A stretch of DNA of 52,281 bases. Source: Nitrospirota bacterium. Its GTDB lineage: Bacteria; Nitrospinota_A; UBA7883; JAJRTC01. A model generated the notes under the pieces. That model did not search any database. It saw only the letters and a list, made by a program, of their open reading frames with translations, and was not told where the DNA came from. The position numbers were made by a program, and so were the translations under genes. How positions within the stretch are numbered: the stretch's first letter is position 1; each line of letters opens with the position of its first letter. The stretch lies in NCBI GenBank assembly GCA_024278445.1, contig JAJRTC010000216.1, positions 1-52,281 of the forward strand, written 5' to 3'. Positions 1-10,751 of the stretch are shown here, in pieces.

Positions 1-422
1 GTGTTTATCATAGGGTCGTTTAAATCATCATCTTTATAATAATACTCAACAAGTGTCTCAGGCAGAACTTCGCCCTCTTCGCGCCCCATACGTTTTGCAA
101 GGGAACCTGCGATCACGTTGCGGATGACAACCTCCACAGGGATGATCTCCACCTTTTTTATAAGCATCTCGCGGTCGCTTAACGTATCCACATAATGAGT
201 GGCAAAACCATCTTTTTCAAGCAACTTGAAGATGTGAGCGGAAATGGCCTGGTTAACCTCTCCCTTGTTTGCAATGGTCCCTTTTTTCTTGCCGTTAAAC
301 GCCGTGGCGTCATCTTTAAAATATTGAACAAGCCTCTGAGGGTCGGATGTAGCGTAGATGATTTTAGCTTTCCCCTCGTGTATCTGGTCACGCCTCTCTA
401 TCACTTTGGCCCCTTCGCTCAT
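1..422 (-). CDS. purC: SAICAR synthetase (phosphoribosylaminoimidazole-succinocarboxamide synthase), N-terminal part; 3' end runs off the window
   Basis: Absent from the ORF track because it is open at the window edge. My reverse-complement translation from the ATG at 420-422 gives MSEGAKVIERRDQIHEGKAKIIYATSDPQRLVQYFKDDATAFNGKKKGTIANKGEVNQAISAHIFKLLEKDGFATHYV...EVVIRNVIAGSLAKR, a typical PurC N-terminus. It starts 5 nt after the purB stop. Confidence 0.85.
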   Translation of the reverse strand, partial: MSEGAKVIERRDQIHEGKAKIIYATSDPQRLVQYFKDDATAFNGKKKGTIANKGEVNQAISAHIFKLLEKDGFATHYVDTLSDREMLIKKVEIIPVEVVIRNVIAGSLAKRMGREEGEVLPETLVEYYYKDDDLNDPMIN

Positions 423-426
423 TTTT

Positions 427-1722
427 TCATTCTTTAAAAACACGGTCGAATATAAAGTCTACGTTCCTCAGATAATAGGCCATGTCAAACGATTGTTCAA
501 CATGTTCCCGACTAAGCTTTTTGTTTATTTCCGGCTCTTCCATTAAAAGGTCAAGAAACGGTTTTTTCTCGCGCCAGCAGAGCATGGCCGCCTTTTGCAC
601 GGCTTTATAGGCGTCTTCGCGAAGCATACCTTTTTCTATGAGATCGAGCAGAACTTTTTGTGAAAAAATCAGCCCGTTCGTTATCTCAAGGTTTTTCTTC
701 ATGTTATCAGGATATACGGTAAGCTCCTCAACGAGTTTTGAGAGCTTGTTTAACATGGTGTTAATTAATATGGTCGAATCAGGGATGGTCACGCGTTCAA
801 CCGACGAGTGCGAAATGTCTCGCTCATGCCACAGGGCCACGTTGTCGAGCGCGGACATAACATGCCCCTTCACGATACGGGCAAGCCCAGTTAGGTTCTC
901 CGCCGTTATCGGGTTACGTTTATGCGGCATGGCAGAAGACCCCTTTTGGCCTTCGTGAAATTTTTCTTCCGCTTCCAAAACTTCAGTCCTTTGCAGGTGT
1001 CTTAATTCCACCGCAATCTTTTCCACCGTGGCCGCTATTATGGCAAGCGTAGACATATATTCTGCGTGCCGATCCCGCTGGATTACCTGCGTCGATATCG
1101 GTGCGGGTTTTAGCCCCATTTTTTTGCATACATACTCCTCTATAAACGGGTCGATATTCCCGAACGTGCCAACGGCGCCGGAGAGGTTGCCAACACCTAT
1201 CGTTTCTATAGCTCGTTCCATACGTTCGCGGTTGCGCTCCATCTCGGCATAATAAAGAGCCATTTTAAGGCCGAAGGTGGTCGGCTCACCATGGATGCCA
1301 TGAGAGCGCCCCACGCAGACCGTGTTTTTATGTTCAAAAGCCCGCTTTTTTAACGACGATAAAACTTTGTCGATATCCTTCAGTATTATCTGCCCCGCTT
1401 CAACCATGAGGGAACAAAGCGCCGTATCCACAATATCGGACGATGTCAGCCCCAGGTGGATAAACCTCGATTCCGGCCCGACGTTTTCAGCCACGCTGGT
1501 TAAAAAGGCGATAACGTCGTGCCTTGTTTCGGCCTCGATTTCGTCTATACGGTCTACATCAAACGCCGCTTTTTTCTTTATCACCTCAAGAGCGTCTTCA
1601 GGAATAACCCCCTTCTCCGCCCATGCCTCACATGCGAAAATCTCTATTTTAAGCCACGTGGCGAACTTGTTCTCCTGCGTCCAGACCCGCCCCATCTCAG
1701 GCCTCGTATATCTCGGTATCAC
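427..1722 (-). CDS. purB: Adenylosuccinate lyase
   Basis: 431-aa ORF with a GTG start. Carries the fumarate-lyase signature GSSAMPHKRNP and PurB-like ends. AAGGAG lies 10 nt upstream. Confidence 0.95.
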   Translation of the reverse strand: MIPRYTRPEMGRVWTQENKFATWLKIEIFACEAWAEKGVIPEDALEVIKKKAAFDVDRIDEIEAETRHDVIAFLTSVAENVGPESRFIHLGLTSSDIVDTALCSLMVEAGQIILKDIDKVLSSLKKRAFEHKNTVCVGRSHGIHGEPTTFGLKMALYYAEMERNRERMERAIETIGVGNLSGAVGTFGNIDPFIEEYVCKKMGLKPAPISTQVIQRDRHAEYMSTLAIIAATVEKIAVELRHLQRTEVLEAEEKFHEGQKGSSAMPHKRNPITAENLTGLARIVKGHVMSALDNVALWHERDISHSSVERVTIPDSTILINTMLNKLSKLVEELTVYPDNMKKNLEITNGLIFSQKVLLDLIEKGMLREDAYKAVQKAAMLCWREKKPFLDLLMEEPEINKKLSREHVEQSFDMAYYLRNVDFIFDRVFKE

Positions 1723-1728
1723 TCTTTT

Positions 1729-1826
1729 AAAGCTCCTTGCGGTTAATAGTCATCGCCATCAGGTGTAACCTGCGTTGGCTCTCAACGCACAACAGGTTAA
1801 ACATCAAAAAAGCTCCTTGCGGTTAA
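1729..1826 (-). repeat. Two exact copies of an 18-bp direct repeat, each carrying an AAGGAG Shine-Dalgarno, flanking a 7-bp-stem hairpin
   Basis: aaagctccttgcggttaa occurs at 1729-1746 and 1809-1826 (coding-strand TTAACCGCAAGGAGCTTT). The hairpin is tgcgttg/caacgca at 1771-1789. Confidence 0.9.
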
Positions 1827-1834
1827 CTTTTAAT

Positions 1835-2605
1835 TTATTCAATTACCACAACCTTCTCCGGCCTGTTCTGCGCCGCGATTGTGAATTTTACATTATGCCC
1901 GGAAAGCTCGTCTTCCGCCATCTGCCTTACAAGGTGCGGATTATTATTGGTTTCCGACAAGTGCGCAAACGTCACCCCCTGCAATTTTGGCGAAATAGCG
2001 TTTTTCAAAAACCCCGCGCACTGTTCGTTAGACAAATGCCCCATGCGCGACGACACCCTCTGCTTTAACTCCCAGGGGTATGGCCCCGCCATCAGCATTT
2101 CACGGTTGTGGTTAGCTTCTACCACCAGGTAATCAACATCTTTTACTTTATCTTCCATAACCGTGCTGATGGAGCCTGAGTCGGTTATCACGGCCATCCG
2201 CGTTCCGTTAGAGCGAAATAAAAAAGCGCAAGGGTCGGACGCGTCGTGCGGAATGGCAAAAGACTCTGCCACAAGCCCCGCCACTTCAAACCCGTCGCCA
2301 ACATCGAAAATTTCAAGTTCATGCAGAATACCTATGGCCCCGCTCACACGCGCGTGGGTTTTTTTATTCATATAAACCGGAACTTTCAACTTACGCGACA
2401 TAATGCCGGCGCTCCTTGAATGGTCTATATGTTCATGCGTCACAACAACGGCGCGAATAGTAGCAGGGTCGAGCCCGGCCATATCCATGCGAGCCAGAAT
2501 CTCTTTGCCTGAAAAACCTGCGTCGAGCAAAATAGCCGAGTCGCCGTTACTGATATAAACGCAATTCCCGGACGAACCGGAACCTAACACGCAAAGACGT
2601 ATCAC
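1835..2605 (-). CDS. MBL-fold metallo-hydrolase
   Basis: 256 aa with the HxHxDH motif (THEHIDHS). Its start abuts the stop of the upstream gene with no gap. Confidence 0.8.
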   Translation of the reverse strand: MIRLCVLGSGSSGNCVYISNGDSAILLDAGFSGKEILARMDMAGLDPATIRAVVVTHEHIDHSRSAGIMSRKLKVPVYMNKKTHARVSGAIGILHELEIFDVGDGFEVAGLVAESFAIPHDASDPCAFLFRSNGTRMAVITDSGSISTVMEDKVKDVDYLVVEANHNREMLMAGPYPWELKQRVSSRMGHLSNEQCAGFLKNAISPKLQGVTFAHLSETNNNPHLVRQMAEDELSGHNVKFTIAAQNRPEKVVVIE

Positions 2606-3568
2606 CTATCTATCAATCCCTTCATCCAGCAAAAGATGATATATGAGCGGGATCATTATCTCGTGATGCCCGGTTATCGCAATTCCTTTACCGGCACCCT
2701 GTACGGGGCGGTTAACGACGTTCACAGCGGGGCGATAGTGCTGAATCATGTCAAGGTTAACGGTGGTAAAACCTGAAACGTCGGCACCCAGGTTTCGTGC
2801 CGCCGAGAGCGCTTTTATAAAAACTTCCGGCAATAAAACAGCGGAGCCTATATTTATATACACGCCACCGCCACCCAACTCCGAAACCACACCTGTAAAA
2901 AGTTTAAAATCGTTCAACGTGGCCCTGCCAGTAATTTCACCATCCATGCTTGGGTGGATATGCACGATGTCAGTCCCTATGGCTGAGTGAACCGTCACAG
3001 GTTTTCTCATTCTCCACCCGGCGGCAAGAATGGAAATGCCTGCGTTAGGCATGTTTTTATCCTCTATATAACGCCCGATGGCTTCGCCCATGCCGACAGC
3101 GCCTAACGCATATTTTTTTAACGCGCCGTTTAAATGGGAAGCCGTTTCATCCACTGTGCCGAACTTGCCATCTTTTATCTCGGTCGCAACGCTCTCGCTG
3201 GTCTCACCATGAAACGCCATTTCCATGTCGTGTACCGCGCCTGCGCCGTTTAGCGCTATGGCGTCTATAAACCCGCGTTCCATAAGGTCAATCATCACCG
3301 GGGCCAACCCAACTTTTATAACGTGCGCCCCCATGCCTACCATCACAGGTTTTTTGTTACGCTTGGCAGTTCTAACAGCGTTCACCACCTCTTTTAAGCT
3401 TTCAGCCTTTAACGCTTTGGGCAGGATATCTGAAAATTTTCCGCTCTTTTTATAAGCTGAAACGCTGGATAACATGCCCATGTTCACAAGGCTTTTGCGC
3501 TCTTTTATCGAATATGTTTTTAGTTTCGACAGGTCGGCGGGCTTGAACGGATATTTTTTATCGTTCAT
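2606..3568 (-). CDS. Deoxyhypusine synthase-like family protein (tentative)
   Basis: 320 aa. The segments GMGAHVIKVGLAPVMIDLMERGFIDAIALNGAGAVHDME and GGGGVYINIGSA resemble the DHS-like Rossmann core as I remember it. The family call is from memory and unverified. Confidence 0.45.
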   Translation of the reverse strand: MNDKKYPFKPADLSKLKTYSIKERKSLVNMGMLSSVSAYKKSGKFSDILPKALKAESLKEVVNAVRTAKRNKKPVMVGMGAHVIKVGLAPVMIDLMERGFIDAIALNGAGAVHDMEMAFHGETSESVATEIKDGKFGTVDETASHLNGALKKYALGAVGMGEAIGRYIEDKNMPNAGISILAAGWRMRKPVTVHSAIGTDIVHIHPSMDGEITGRATLNDFKLFTGVVSELGGGGVYINIGSAVLLPEVFIKALSAARNLGADVSGFTTVNLDMIQHYRPAVNVVNRPVQGAGKGIAITGHHEIMIPLIYHLLLDEGIDR

Positions 3569-3571
3569 TTT

Positions 3572-5035
3572 TCAGTCGCCATATTTTTCCAGAATTTTTT
3601 CGATCAACCCGCTTGTCGATTTGCCATCGACTAAAGGGATTATCTCAACTCGTCCGCCCTGTTTTTCTACCACGTCGCGCCCTACCACGCTTGACGGCGC
3701 ATAATCGCCCCCCTTCACAAGCACGTCTGGTTTTACTTTTCCTATTAGTTTTAAAGGCGTGTCTTCATCAAAAAGCACAACACCGTCTACACTGTCGAGC
3801 GCCGCTATTATGTGAGACCTGTCTTCCTCACCTAACACAGGCCTTTTTGCACCTTTGAGCCTGCGTATGGAACTATCGGTGTTTATCCCCACGATAAGGA
3901 CATGGCCAAACGTTTTGGCTTTTTGCAAAAGTTTTACATGTCCTGCGTGTAGCAGATCGAAACACCCGTTGGTGAAAATTACTTTCCGGTTCTGCATCTT
4001 GAGTTTTTTAGAACAAAGTGCGGCCTTTGTGGCACTCATTATTTTTCCTTCGCTTGCGCCGTCCGGCCTTAAACGCGCCAAAAGCTCTTCGCGCGTAACC
4101 GCATATGCGCCAACATGGGCAACCTCTATGGCCGCCGCCGCATTTGCTATCCTCGCAGAATCTTCCAGCGAACAACCGGCAAAAACAAAAACGGCAAGTG
4201 ACGCTATAACGGTATCGCCTGCACCGGATACGTCAAAAACCTCCAGCGCTTCTGCGGGTATATGAACACGCTTTCCTTTGCGCCCAAAAAGAGACATCCC
4301 CTCCGCACCACGGGTTATCAAAACATTTTTAACTTTTGCAACGTTGAAAAGATTATTGGCCGCTTCGAGCAAGCTTGCTTCGTTCGTTATTTCAACACCG
4401 GAAGCCGCTTCTGCCTCTTTTTTGTTCGGCGTTATAATTTCCGCCCCGGAATATCGTGAATAATCGCGCCCTTTAGGGTCTACTATCACTTTTTTGCCGG
4501 CCTGACGACAAACCGAAAATATTTTCTTTAACAGTCTGGGAGACAACACCCCCTTGCCATAATCGGAGACTATTACCCCGTCACAATCTTTTATTAATTT
4601 TTTTATCTTGGACAAAATAGAGTCTGCCGTTTTATCGGAAACCACCTCGCGCGATTCCCTGTCTACTCTCAACATCTGTTGCCGCATGGCGATAAACCTG
4701 GTTTTTACCGTTGTAGGTCGCGATGAATCCGTCACAAGGCCTTCAGCACCTATCCCCCATTTTTTTAAAAGCGTCTTCATATAAACGGCAGAATCGTCTT
4801 TGCCAACAACACCTACGAGAAGAGCTTTTCCTCCTAACGCGGACACATTTGCAGAAACACTCGCCGCGCCACCCGGAGACAAGGCTTCGCTCTCCATATC
4901 CAGCACCTGCGCAGGCGACTCAGGCGAGACCCGTTCGATGTTCCCGATAACGTGCCGATCAAGAATAATATCGCCTACGACAAGAATTTTAGGATGTCGC
5001 ATGGAAGAAACGATGGAATAAAGTTCGCTACTCAT
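3572..5035 (-). CDS. hldE: Bifunctional D-beta-D-heptose 7-phosphate kinase / D-beta-D-heptose 1-phosphate adenylyltransferase
   Basis: 487 aa. N-terminal PfkB-type kinase (GAGD motif: VSGAGDTV) plus a C-terminal cytidylyltransferase (FTNGCFDLLHAGH). ATGA overlap with gmhA. Confidence 0.9.
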   Translation of the reverse strand: MSSELYSIVSSMRHPKILVVGDIILDRHVIGNIERVSPESPAQVLDMESEALSPGGAASVSANVSALGGKALLVGVVGKDDSAVYMKTLLKKWGIGAEGLVTDSSRPTTVKTRFIAMRQQMLRVDRESREVVSDKTADSILSKIKKLIKDCDGVIVSDYGKGVLSPRLLKKIFSVCRQAGKKVIVDPKGRDYSRYSGAEIITPNKKEAEAASGVEITNEASLLEAANNLFNVAKVKNVLITRGAEGMSLFGRKGKRVHIPAEALEVFDVSGAGDTVIASLAVFVFAGCSLEDSARIANAAAAIEVAHVGAYAVTREELLARLRPDGASEGKIMSATKAALCSKKLKMQNRKVIFTNGCFDLLHAGHVKLLQKAKTFGHVLIVGINTDSSIRRLKGAKRPVLGEEDRSHIIAALDSVDGVVLFDEDTPLKLIGKVKPDVLVKGGDYAPSSVVGRDVVEKQGGRVEIIPLVDGKSTSGLIEKILEKYGD

Positions 5036-5634
5036 TTTTCATCGTCCATAGCGTTCTCCACCGCCTCGCAAATGAGATGAATAATCATTATGTGCGCTTC
5101 CTGAACTCTCGGAGTATCGTCAGACGGGATAACAAGCGAGATGTCAGCTACGTCTTTCATCTCCCCACCGCCTCGGCCCAAAAGACACACGGTGAAAATT
5201 CCCATGCCACCTGCGGTTTTTAAAGCTTCTATCAGGTTTTCAGAATTCCCGGAAGTGGATATCGCTATAAAAACGTCATTCTTTTTTCCAAGCGCCTCAA
5301 GCTGGCGCGAGAAGATTTTTTTGAACCCGTAGTCGTTACCTATCGACGTAAGCGCAGACGTGTCTGTTGTAAGCGCTATGGCAGGAAGCGCGTTTCTCTC
5401 TTTTAAATACCTGCCGACAAATTCTGCGGCCATATGCTGGGCGTCTCCGGCGGAGCCACCGTTACCGGCAACCAGAACCTTGCCACCCGATAGCAAGGCG
5501 TCTATAAGGCACCTTGATATATCCGCCACGGTCTCTTGCACACCACTATTCAGCATAGAGAGCTTAAGCTCGGCTGAGGCCTTCATTCCACGTGTTATGG
5601 TTTCTTTCACTTCACAATTCCTCCTCGTCAGCAA
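5032..5634 (-). CDS. gmhA: Phosphoheptose isomerase (SIS domain)
   Basis: 200 aa with GGKVLVAGNGGSAGDAQHMAAEF and ISTSGNS motifs. The true start may be the internal Met at 5586, which would remove the 23-nt overlap with radC. Confidence 0.85.
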   Translation of the reverse strand: MLTRRNCEVKETITRGMKASAELKLSMLNSGVQETVADISRCLIDALLSGGKVLVAGNGGSAGDAQHMAAEFVGRYLKERNALPAIALTTDTSALTSIGNDYGFKKIFSRQLEALGKKNDVFIAISTSGNSENLIEALKTAGGMGIFTVCLLGRGGGEMKDVADISLVIPSDDTPRVQEAHIMIIHLICEAVENAMDDEK

Positions 5635-6307
5635 AGGAGTAGTATCGATTATCGCCTATTATAATATGGTCTAATACCTTGATATGCAAAAGTCGGCCAG
5701 CTTCGGTTATACGCTGGGTCAAAATCATATCTTCTTCGCTTGGGGACGGGTCGCCACTTGGATGGTTATGCAGAAGTATTACACCGTGGGCAGATTCCCG
5801 AATGGCAGGGCTAAAAACATCTCGTGGATGAACGACGGAGCTTGTTAACCCGCCTTCAGAGACAGTGGCGGTTTTGAGTACCTTGTTTTTAACGTTCAAA
5901 AGAACAACCTTGAACACTTCTTTTTTCATGTTTTTCATCTGCCGAATATAAACGGAAACCACGTCTTCGCTGGTACGAATAACCTTCGAGGTGCCGTTAG
6001 ATGAAACGGCGAAACGGCGGGCAAGTTCTAACGCCGCTTTCACGGTTACAGCCTTGGTTTCTCCTATGCCCTTAACTTTTTTTATCTCCTCAACCGATGC
6101 CATGTCCAGCGAGCAGAGTTCATCGAACCTGTTCAGAAGATCTCGTGCAAGATCCAACGCATTCTTGTTCCCTGCGCCGGATCCTATGATTATGGAAAGA
6201 AGCTCCGAATCGGAAAGAAACGCAGGGCCGTTGGCTATAAGTTTTTCCTTTGGCCTGTCAGGTTCAGGCCATTGTTTAATCGATTCCTTATAAACTGCTC
6301 GACCCAT
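5612..6307 (-). CDS. radC: RadC-family JAB/MPN domain protein
   Basis: 231 aa. HhH region (IKKVKGIGETKA) plus the JAMM motif HNHPSGDPSPSEED. Confidence 0.9.
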   Translation of the reverse strand: MGRAVYKESIKQWPEPDRPKEKLIANGPAFLSDSELLSIIIGSGAGNKNALDLARDLLNRFDELCSLDMASVEEIKKVKGIGETKAVTVKAALELARRFAVSSNGTSKVIRTSEDVVSVYIRQMKNMKKEVFKVVLLNVKNKVLKTATVSEGGLTSSVVHPRDVFSPAIRESAHGVILLHNHPSGDPSPSEEDMILTQRITEAGRLLHIKVLDHIIIGDNRYYSFADEEEL

Positions 6308-6386
6308 TACGATTATAAAAAACCTCTATAAAATAATTGTCGTTTTAAGATGCTATAAGCAGTAAGCAAAGCATTCTAACGCTTTA

Positions 6387-7340
6387 TTAACGCGTTATTT
6401 TTTGTTCTGCGAGTAGAGTTTTGTAATATTCGATGGTTTTTTTCAAGCCATCCTCAAAACTTATTTTAGGCTCCCAGCCAAGTTTTTCTTTTGCACGGCT
6501 TATGTCAGGACGCCTGACTTTAGGATCGTCTTCCGGTAAAGGCTCGAACACTATTCTACTCTTCGAACCGGTGTAAGCGATAACCATTTCTGCCAGGCCC
6601 AGTATCGTAAGTTCGTTAGGGTTGCCTATGTTCACAGGCACAGTTACGTCTGATCTTAAAAGTTTCAGGATTCCGTCAACGAGATCTGTTGCGTAACAGA
6701 AAGAACGCGTTTGGCTTCCGTCACCATAAACGGTGATATCGTCGCCCGACAAGGCCTGAACCACAAAGTTTGAAACGGCCCGCCCGTCATGTGGACGCAT
6801 CCTTGGGCCAAACGTGTTAAATATTCTAACGATACGAATGGCAAGCCCATATTCACGATGATAAGCCATAACGGCCGCCTCGGCATACCGCTTCGCCTCG
6901 TCGTAACATCCCCTTGGGCCGATGGTGTTTACGTTGCCCCAATATCCTTCCGTCTGCGGATGCTGCTCCGGGTCGCCATACACCTCTGAAGTGCTGGCCA
7001 ATAAAAACACGGCGTTGTTTTCATGGGCGAGTTTAAGCGCTACGTGGGTTCCGGCGGAATTAACAAGAAGCGTTTCTATGGGCATTCTAAGATAATCTGG
7101 CGGAGACGCAGGTGAAGCGAAATGTAAAACGTAATCGAACGGGCCCTTGATACCTTTTAAGCCTTCTGAAACATCCCGCTCAATCAAGGTAAAGTTGGCA
7201 GAATCGATATGCCCCACGTTTTCTTTAGAGCTTGTCACAAAGTTGTCTACACAGACGACCGACACACCATCTTTAACCAAACGATCACAAAGATAAGAGC
7301 CTATAAACCCTGATCCACCCGTAACAAGCGCTCTTGTCAT
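6387..7340 (-). CDS. UDP-glucuronate decarboxylase (UDP-xylose synthase-type SDR)
   Basis: 317 aa. Rossmann motif [10 protein letters not shown], catalytic YDEAKR, and an overall UXS-like sequence. Sits directly downstream of ugd. Confidence 0.8.
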   Translation of the reverse strand: MTRALVTGGSGFIGSYLCDRLVKDGVSVVCVDNFVTSSKENVGHIDSANFTLIERDVSEGLKGIKGPFDYVLHFASPASPPDYLRMPIETLLVNSAGTHVALKLAHENNAVFLLASTSEVYGDPEQHPQTEGYWGNVNTIGPRGCYDEAKRYAEAAVMAYHREYGLAIRIVRIFNTFGPRMRPHDGRAVSNFVVQALSGDDITVYGDGSQTRSFCYATDLVDGILKLLRSDVTVPVNIGNPNELTILGLAEMVIAYTGSKSRIVFEPLPEDDPKVRRPDISRAKEKLGWEPKISFEDGLKKTIEYYKTLLAEQKITR

Positions 7341-7347
7341 AGCCTAT

Positions 7348-8640
7348 CTATCCCCTGCCAATGCTAAAATATTCAAAACCAGCAGAGCGTACCCGGCCTG
7401 CATCGTATACGTTCCGCCCATCAAAAATTACAGGGGTTTTCATAAGACCTTTTATACGCTCCATGTCGAGCAGTTTAAACTCGCGCCACTCGGTAACCAC
7501 GATCATGGCGTCAACGCCTGTTAGCGCGTCATAGGCATTGTCGCAATATGTTATGTCGGGCATTTCTTTAGCGGCGTTATCCATGGAGACAGGATCAAAA
7601 GCGCGAATTTTTGCGCCATGAGCCGTTAACTGTTTTATTATATCTATCGACTTTGCCTCGCGCATGTCGTCGGTATCAGGTTTAAAAGCAAGCCCCAACA
7701 CGCCAAAGGTGCAACTGCCAACGTCAGGAAAGCGATCGACAACCCGATGTACAAAATGATTAACCCGTTCTTCGTTTATTTTCACAACCTCTTTTAACAA
7801 TGAAAACTCGGCACCAAGCTTGCCGGAGGTGTGAATAAGCGACAGAACGTCTTTTGGGAAACATGAACCGCCAAACCCTAAACCGGCGTTCAGGAAATCT
7901 TTCCCTATTCTCTTGTCCGCCCCCATCCCCTTGGCAACGTCGTTAACATTGGCTCCAACCTTCTCGCAAATATCGGCAATAGCGTTTATAAAAGATATCT
8001 TCGTAGCCAAAAAGGAGTTGGAGGCATATTTTATAATTTCCGCCGATTCCACGTCTGTTATAAGCATCGGGGAACCTAACGTTGCGTAAAGTTCAAGAAG
8101 TTTAACAGCCACTTCTTTGGTTGGCGCACCTATCACCACCCTGTCAGGGTTTAAAGCGTCTCCGATCGCCGAGCCTTCCCTTAGAAACTCAGGGTTGGAC
8201 ACAACGTCAAAATTGGCATCGGTCGTTTTGGTTTCGTTTATGACACGACGGACAAGGTCGCCTGTTCCCACTGGAACAGTGCTTTTATTCACTATTATTT
8301 TGTAACCGTTCAGGCGCTCTCCAATCGTTCGAGCGGCGCTTTCGATGTAAGACAAGTCTGTCTCACCATCATCTTTAGGAGGGGTTCCTACACATATAAA
8401 AATAACATCGGCACCTTTGACGCCTGAATCGACGTCTGTAGAAAAGGATACGCGCCCTTCATCCATGTTGCGCGTAACCATTTCCTCAAGGCCGGGCTCA
8501 TATATCGGCATGATCCTGTTATTGAGGGATTCTATTTTTTTCTCGTCTACGTCAACACAAGCGACGTCGTTACCTAAATCGGCAAAAACAGCGGCGGTTA
8601 CAAGCCCGACGTAGCCTGAGCCTATTACGCAAAGTCGCAT
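7348..8640 (-). CDS. ugd: UDP-glucose 6-dehydrogenase
   Basis: 430 aa. N-terminal GSGYVGL and the catalytic-Cys motif GFGGSCFPKD. Confidence 0.9.
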   Translation of the reverse strand: MRLCVIGSGYVGLVTAAVFADLGNDVACVDVDEKKIESLNNRIMPIYEPGLEEMVTRNMDEGRVSFSTDVDSGVKGADVIFICVGTPPKDDGETDLSYIESAARTIGERLNGYKIIVNKSTVPVGTGDLVRRVINETKTTDANFDVVSNPEFLREGSAIGDALNPDRVVIGAPTKEVAVKLLELYATLGSPMLITDVESAEIIKYASNSFLATKISFINAIADICEKVGANVNDVAKGMGADKRIGKDFLNAGLGFGGSCFPKDVLSLIHTSGKLGAEFSLLKEVVKINEERVNHFVHRVVDRFPDVGSCTFGVLGLAFKPDTDDMREAKSIDIIKQLTAHGAKIRAFDPVSMDNAAKEMPDITYCDNAYDALTGVDAMIVVTEWREFKLLDMERIKGLMKTPVIFDGRNVYDAGRVRSAGFEYFSIGRG

Positions 8641-8736
8641 TAATCCAGTCCCCTATAAAACGATGAGCAACAAAGGTTAGTCATTATAGCCGAATATTAT
8701 CGCTTTGCGGAATTTTAAGGTTGGCCCGCTATAACT

Positions 8737-8782
8737 AAAAAGCCGTCCGTCCGCAAAGAAAACAATCCAACGGACGGACGGC
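8737..8782 (-). terminator. Rho-independent terminator of glnA
   Basis: 12-bp GC-rich stem, gccgtccgtccg (8742-8753) pairing with cggacggacggc (8771-8782). It is followed on the minus-sense RNA by a U5 run (A-run 8737-8741) and lies about 20 nt after the glnA stop. Confidence 0.8.
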
Positions 8783-8803
8783 AAAAAAACTGCACAAAAA
8801 CTA

Positions 8804-10216
8804 CTATACGTCGTAATACATAGTGAACTCGTAAGGATGGGGTCGCTGGCGAAGCGCATCAACCTCTCTCTCACGTTTATAGCTTATCCATGTGTCTACC
8901 ACGTCCTGCGTGAACACGTCTCCTTTAAGCAGGAAGTCGTGATCCGCCTCAAGAGCGTCAAGCGCTTCTTCCAACGTAGCGGGAAGCGACGGAACCTCAG
9001 CGAGTTCCTCAGGCGTCAACCCGTAAATATCCTTATCGAGAGGATCACCCGGGTCGATCTTGTTCTGTATGCCGTCAAGACCTGCCAGCAACATGGCCGA
9101 GAAGGCAAGATAGGCGTTACAGCTAGGATCAGGGTAACGCACCTCGATACGTTTTGCTTTCGGGCTGGGTGAATAGGTAGGGATACGTATCGCCGCAGAG
9201 CGGTTCCTTGATGAATACGCAAGGTTCACAGGCGCTTCAAAGCCCGGGATGAGCCTCTTGTAAGAGTTGGTCGTAGGCGCGACAATAGCCGCCAGAGCTT
9301 TTGAATGCTTCAATATGCCGCCTATGTAATGAAGGCCCATTTCAGAGATGCCAGCGTAGCCGTCACCTGCGAAAAGCGGTTTGCCATTCTTCCAGATAGA
9401 CTGATGGACGTGCATACCGGAGCCGTTGTCGTTCCAAACCGGTTTCGGCATGAAAGTCACGGTTTTGCCGTTTCTGGAAGCCACATTCTTGATTATGTAT
9501 TTGAACAGCATAAGCTTGTCGGCCATCTCTTTCATCGGCGAGAAGCGCATGTCTATCTCGCCCTGGCCGCCGGTTGCCACTTCATGATGATGTGCCTCGA
9601 TATGGATACCGCAGTTTTGCATTTCCATTACCATCTCGCCACGAAGGTCTACCATACTGTCTGTAGGAGCTACGGGGAAATAACCTTCTTTGTAACGTGG
9701 TTTATGGCCTAAGTTAGGGCCTTCATCGCGGCCCGTGTTCCACTGCGCTTCAACGGAATCTACCTGATAAAAAGCGCCGGACTGGTCGGACTGGTACCTG
9801 ATGTCGTCAAAAACAAAAAACTCGGCCTCAGGCCCAAAATAGGCGGTATCGCCTATTCCGGTCGATTTTAAATACTCCTCGGCTTTTCTTGCGATATTAC
9901 GCGGGTCGCGCTCGTAAGCTTCCATTGTGATCGGATCATATATGTACGCAACCATCGAAAGGGTCGGGTACCTTGTGAACGGATCCATAATTGCGGTCGT
10001 CGGGTCAGGGATGATAAGCATGTCGGACGCATGAATGGCCTTCCAGCCACGAATCGACGAGCCATCAAAGCCCCACCCTTCCTTGAACACGCTCTCAGTC
10101 AGTTCCGAAATCGGGTATGTACAATGTTGCCATGTACCCGGCAGGTCGAGAAACTTTATATCGACCATCTCGGCATTGTTAGCCTTTGCTAAATCTAGTA
10201 CCTCTTGCGGTGTCAT
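8804..10216 (-). CDS. glnA: Glutamine synthetase type I
   Basis: GS-I sequence throughout (FDGSSIRGW..., [19 protein letters not shown]). The ORF track begins at 10231 (GTG), but the ATG at 10216 ([11 protein letters not shown]) has GGAGG 8 nt upstream and matches usual GlnA N-termini. Confidence 0.93.
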   Translation of the reverse strand: MTPQEVLDLAKANNAEMVDIKFLDLPGTWQHCTYPISELTESVFKEGWGFDGSSIRGWKAIHASDMLIIPDPTTAIMDPFTRYPTLSMVAYIYDPITMEAYERDPRNIARKAEEYLKSTGIGDTAYFGPEAEFFVFDDIRYQSDQSGAFYQVDSVEAQWNTGRDEGPNLGHKPRYKEGYFPVAPTDSMVDLRGEMVMEMQNCGIHIEAHHHEVATGGQGEIDMRFSPMKEMADKLMLFKYIIKNVASRNGKTVTFMPKPVWNDNGSGMHVHQSIWKNGKPLFAGDGYAGISEMGLHYIGGILKHSKALAAIVAPTTNSYKRLIPGFEAPVNLAYSSRNRSAAIRIPTYSPSPKAKRIEVRYPDPSCNAYLAFSAMLLAGLDGIQNKIDPGDPLDKDIYGLTPEELAEVPSLPATLEEALDALEADHDFLLKGDVFTQDVVDTWISYKREREVDALRQRPHPYEFTMYYDV

Positions 10217-10326
10217 TTCCATCTCCTCCACTTTTAAAAATTTTTTTAATGTCTCTTCCCCTCGCAGGAAAAGCCCCCTCCCAACAGTATTAAAACAAAG
10301 CCTTTCGGCAATAAAACTTCTTCGCT

Positions 10327-10683
<357 letters not shown>

Positions 10684-10751
10684 TTATATTTATCATCTCG
10701 TATTACCCAAAAACAGACTGAAATCATAACCTATATCGGCGCTACCTAAAA

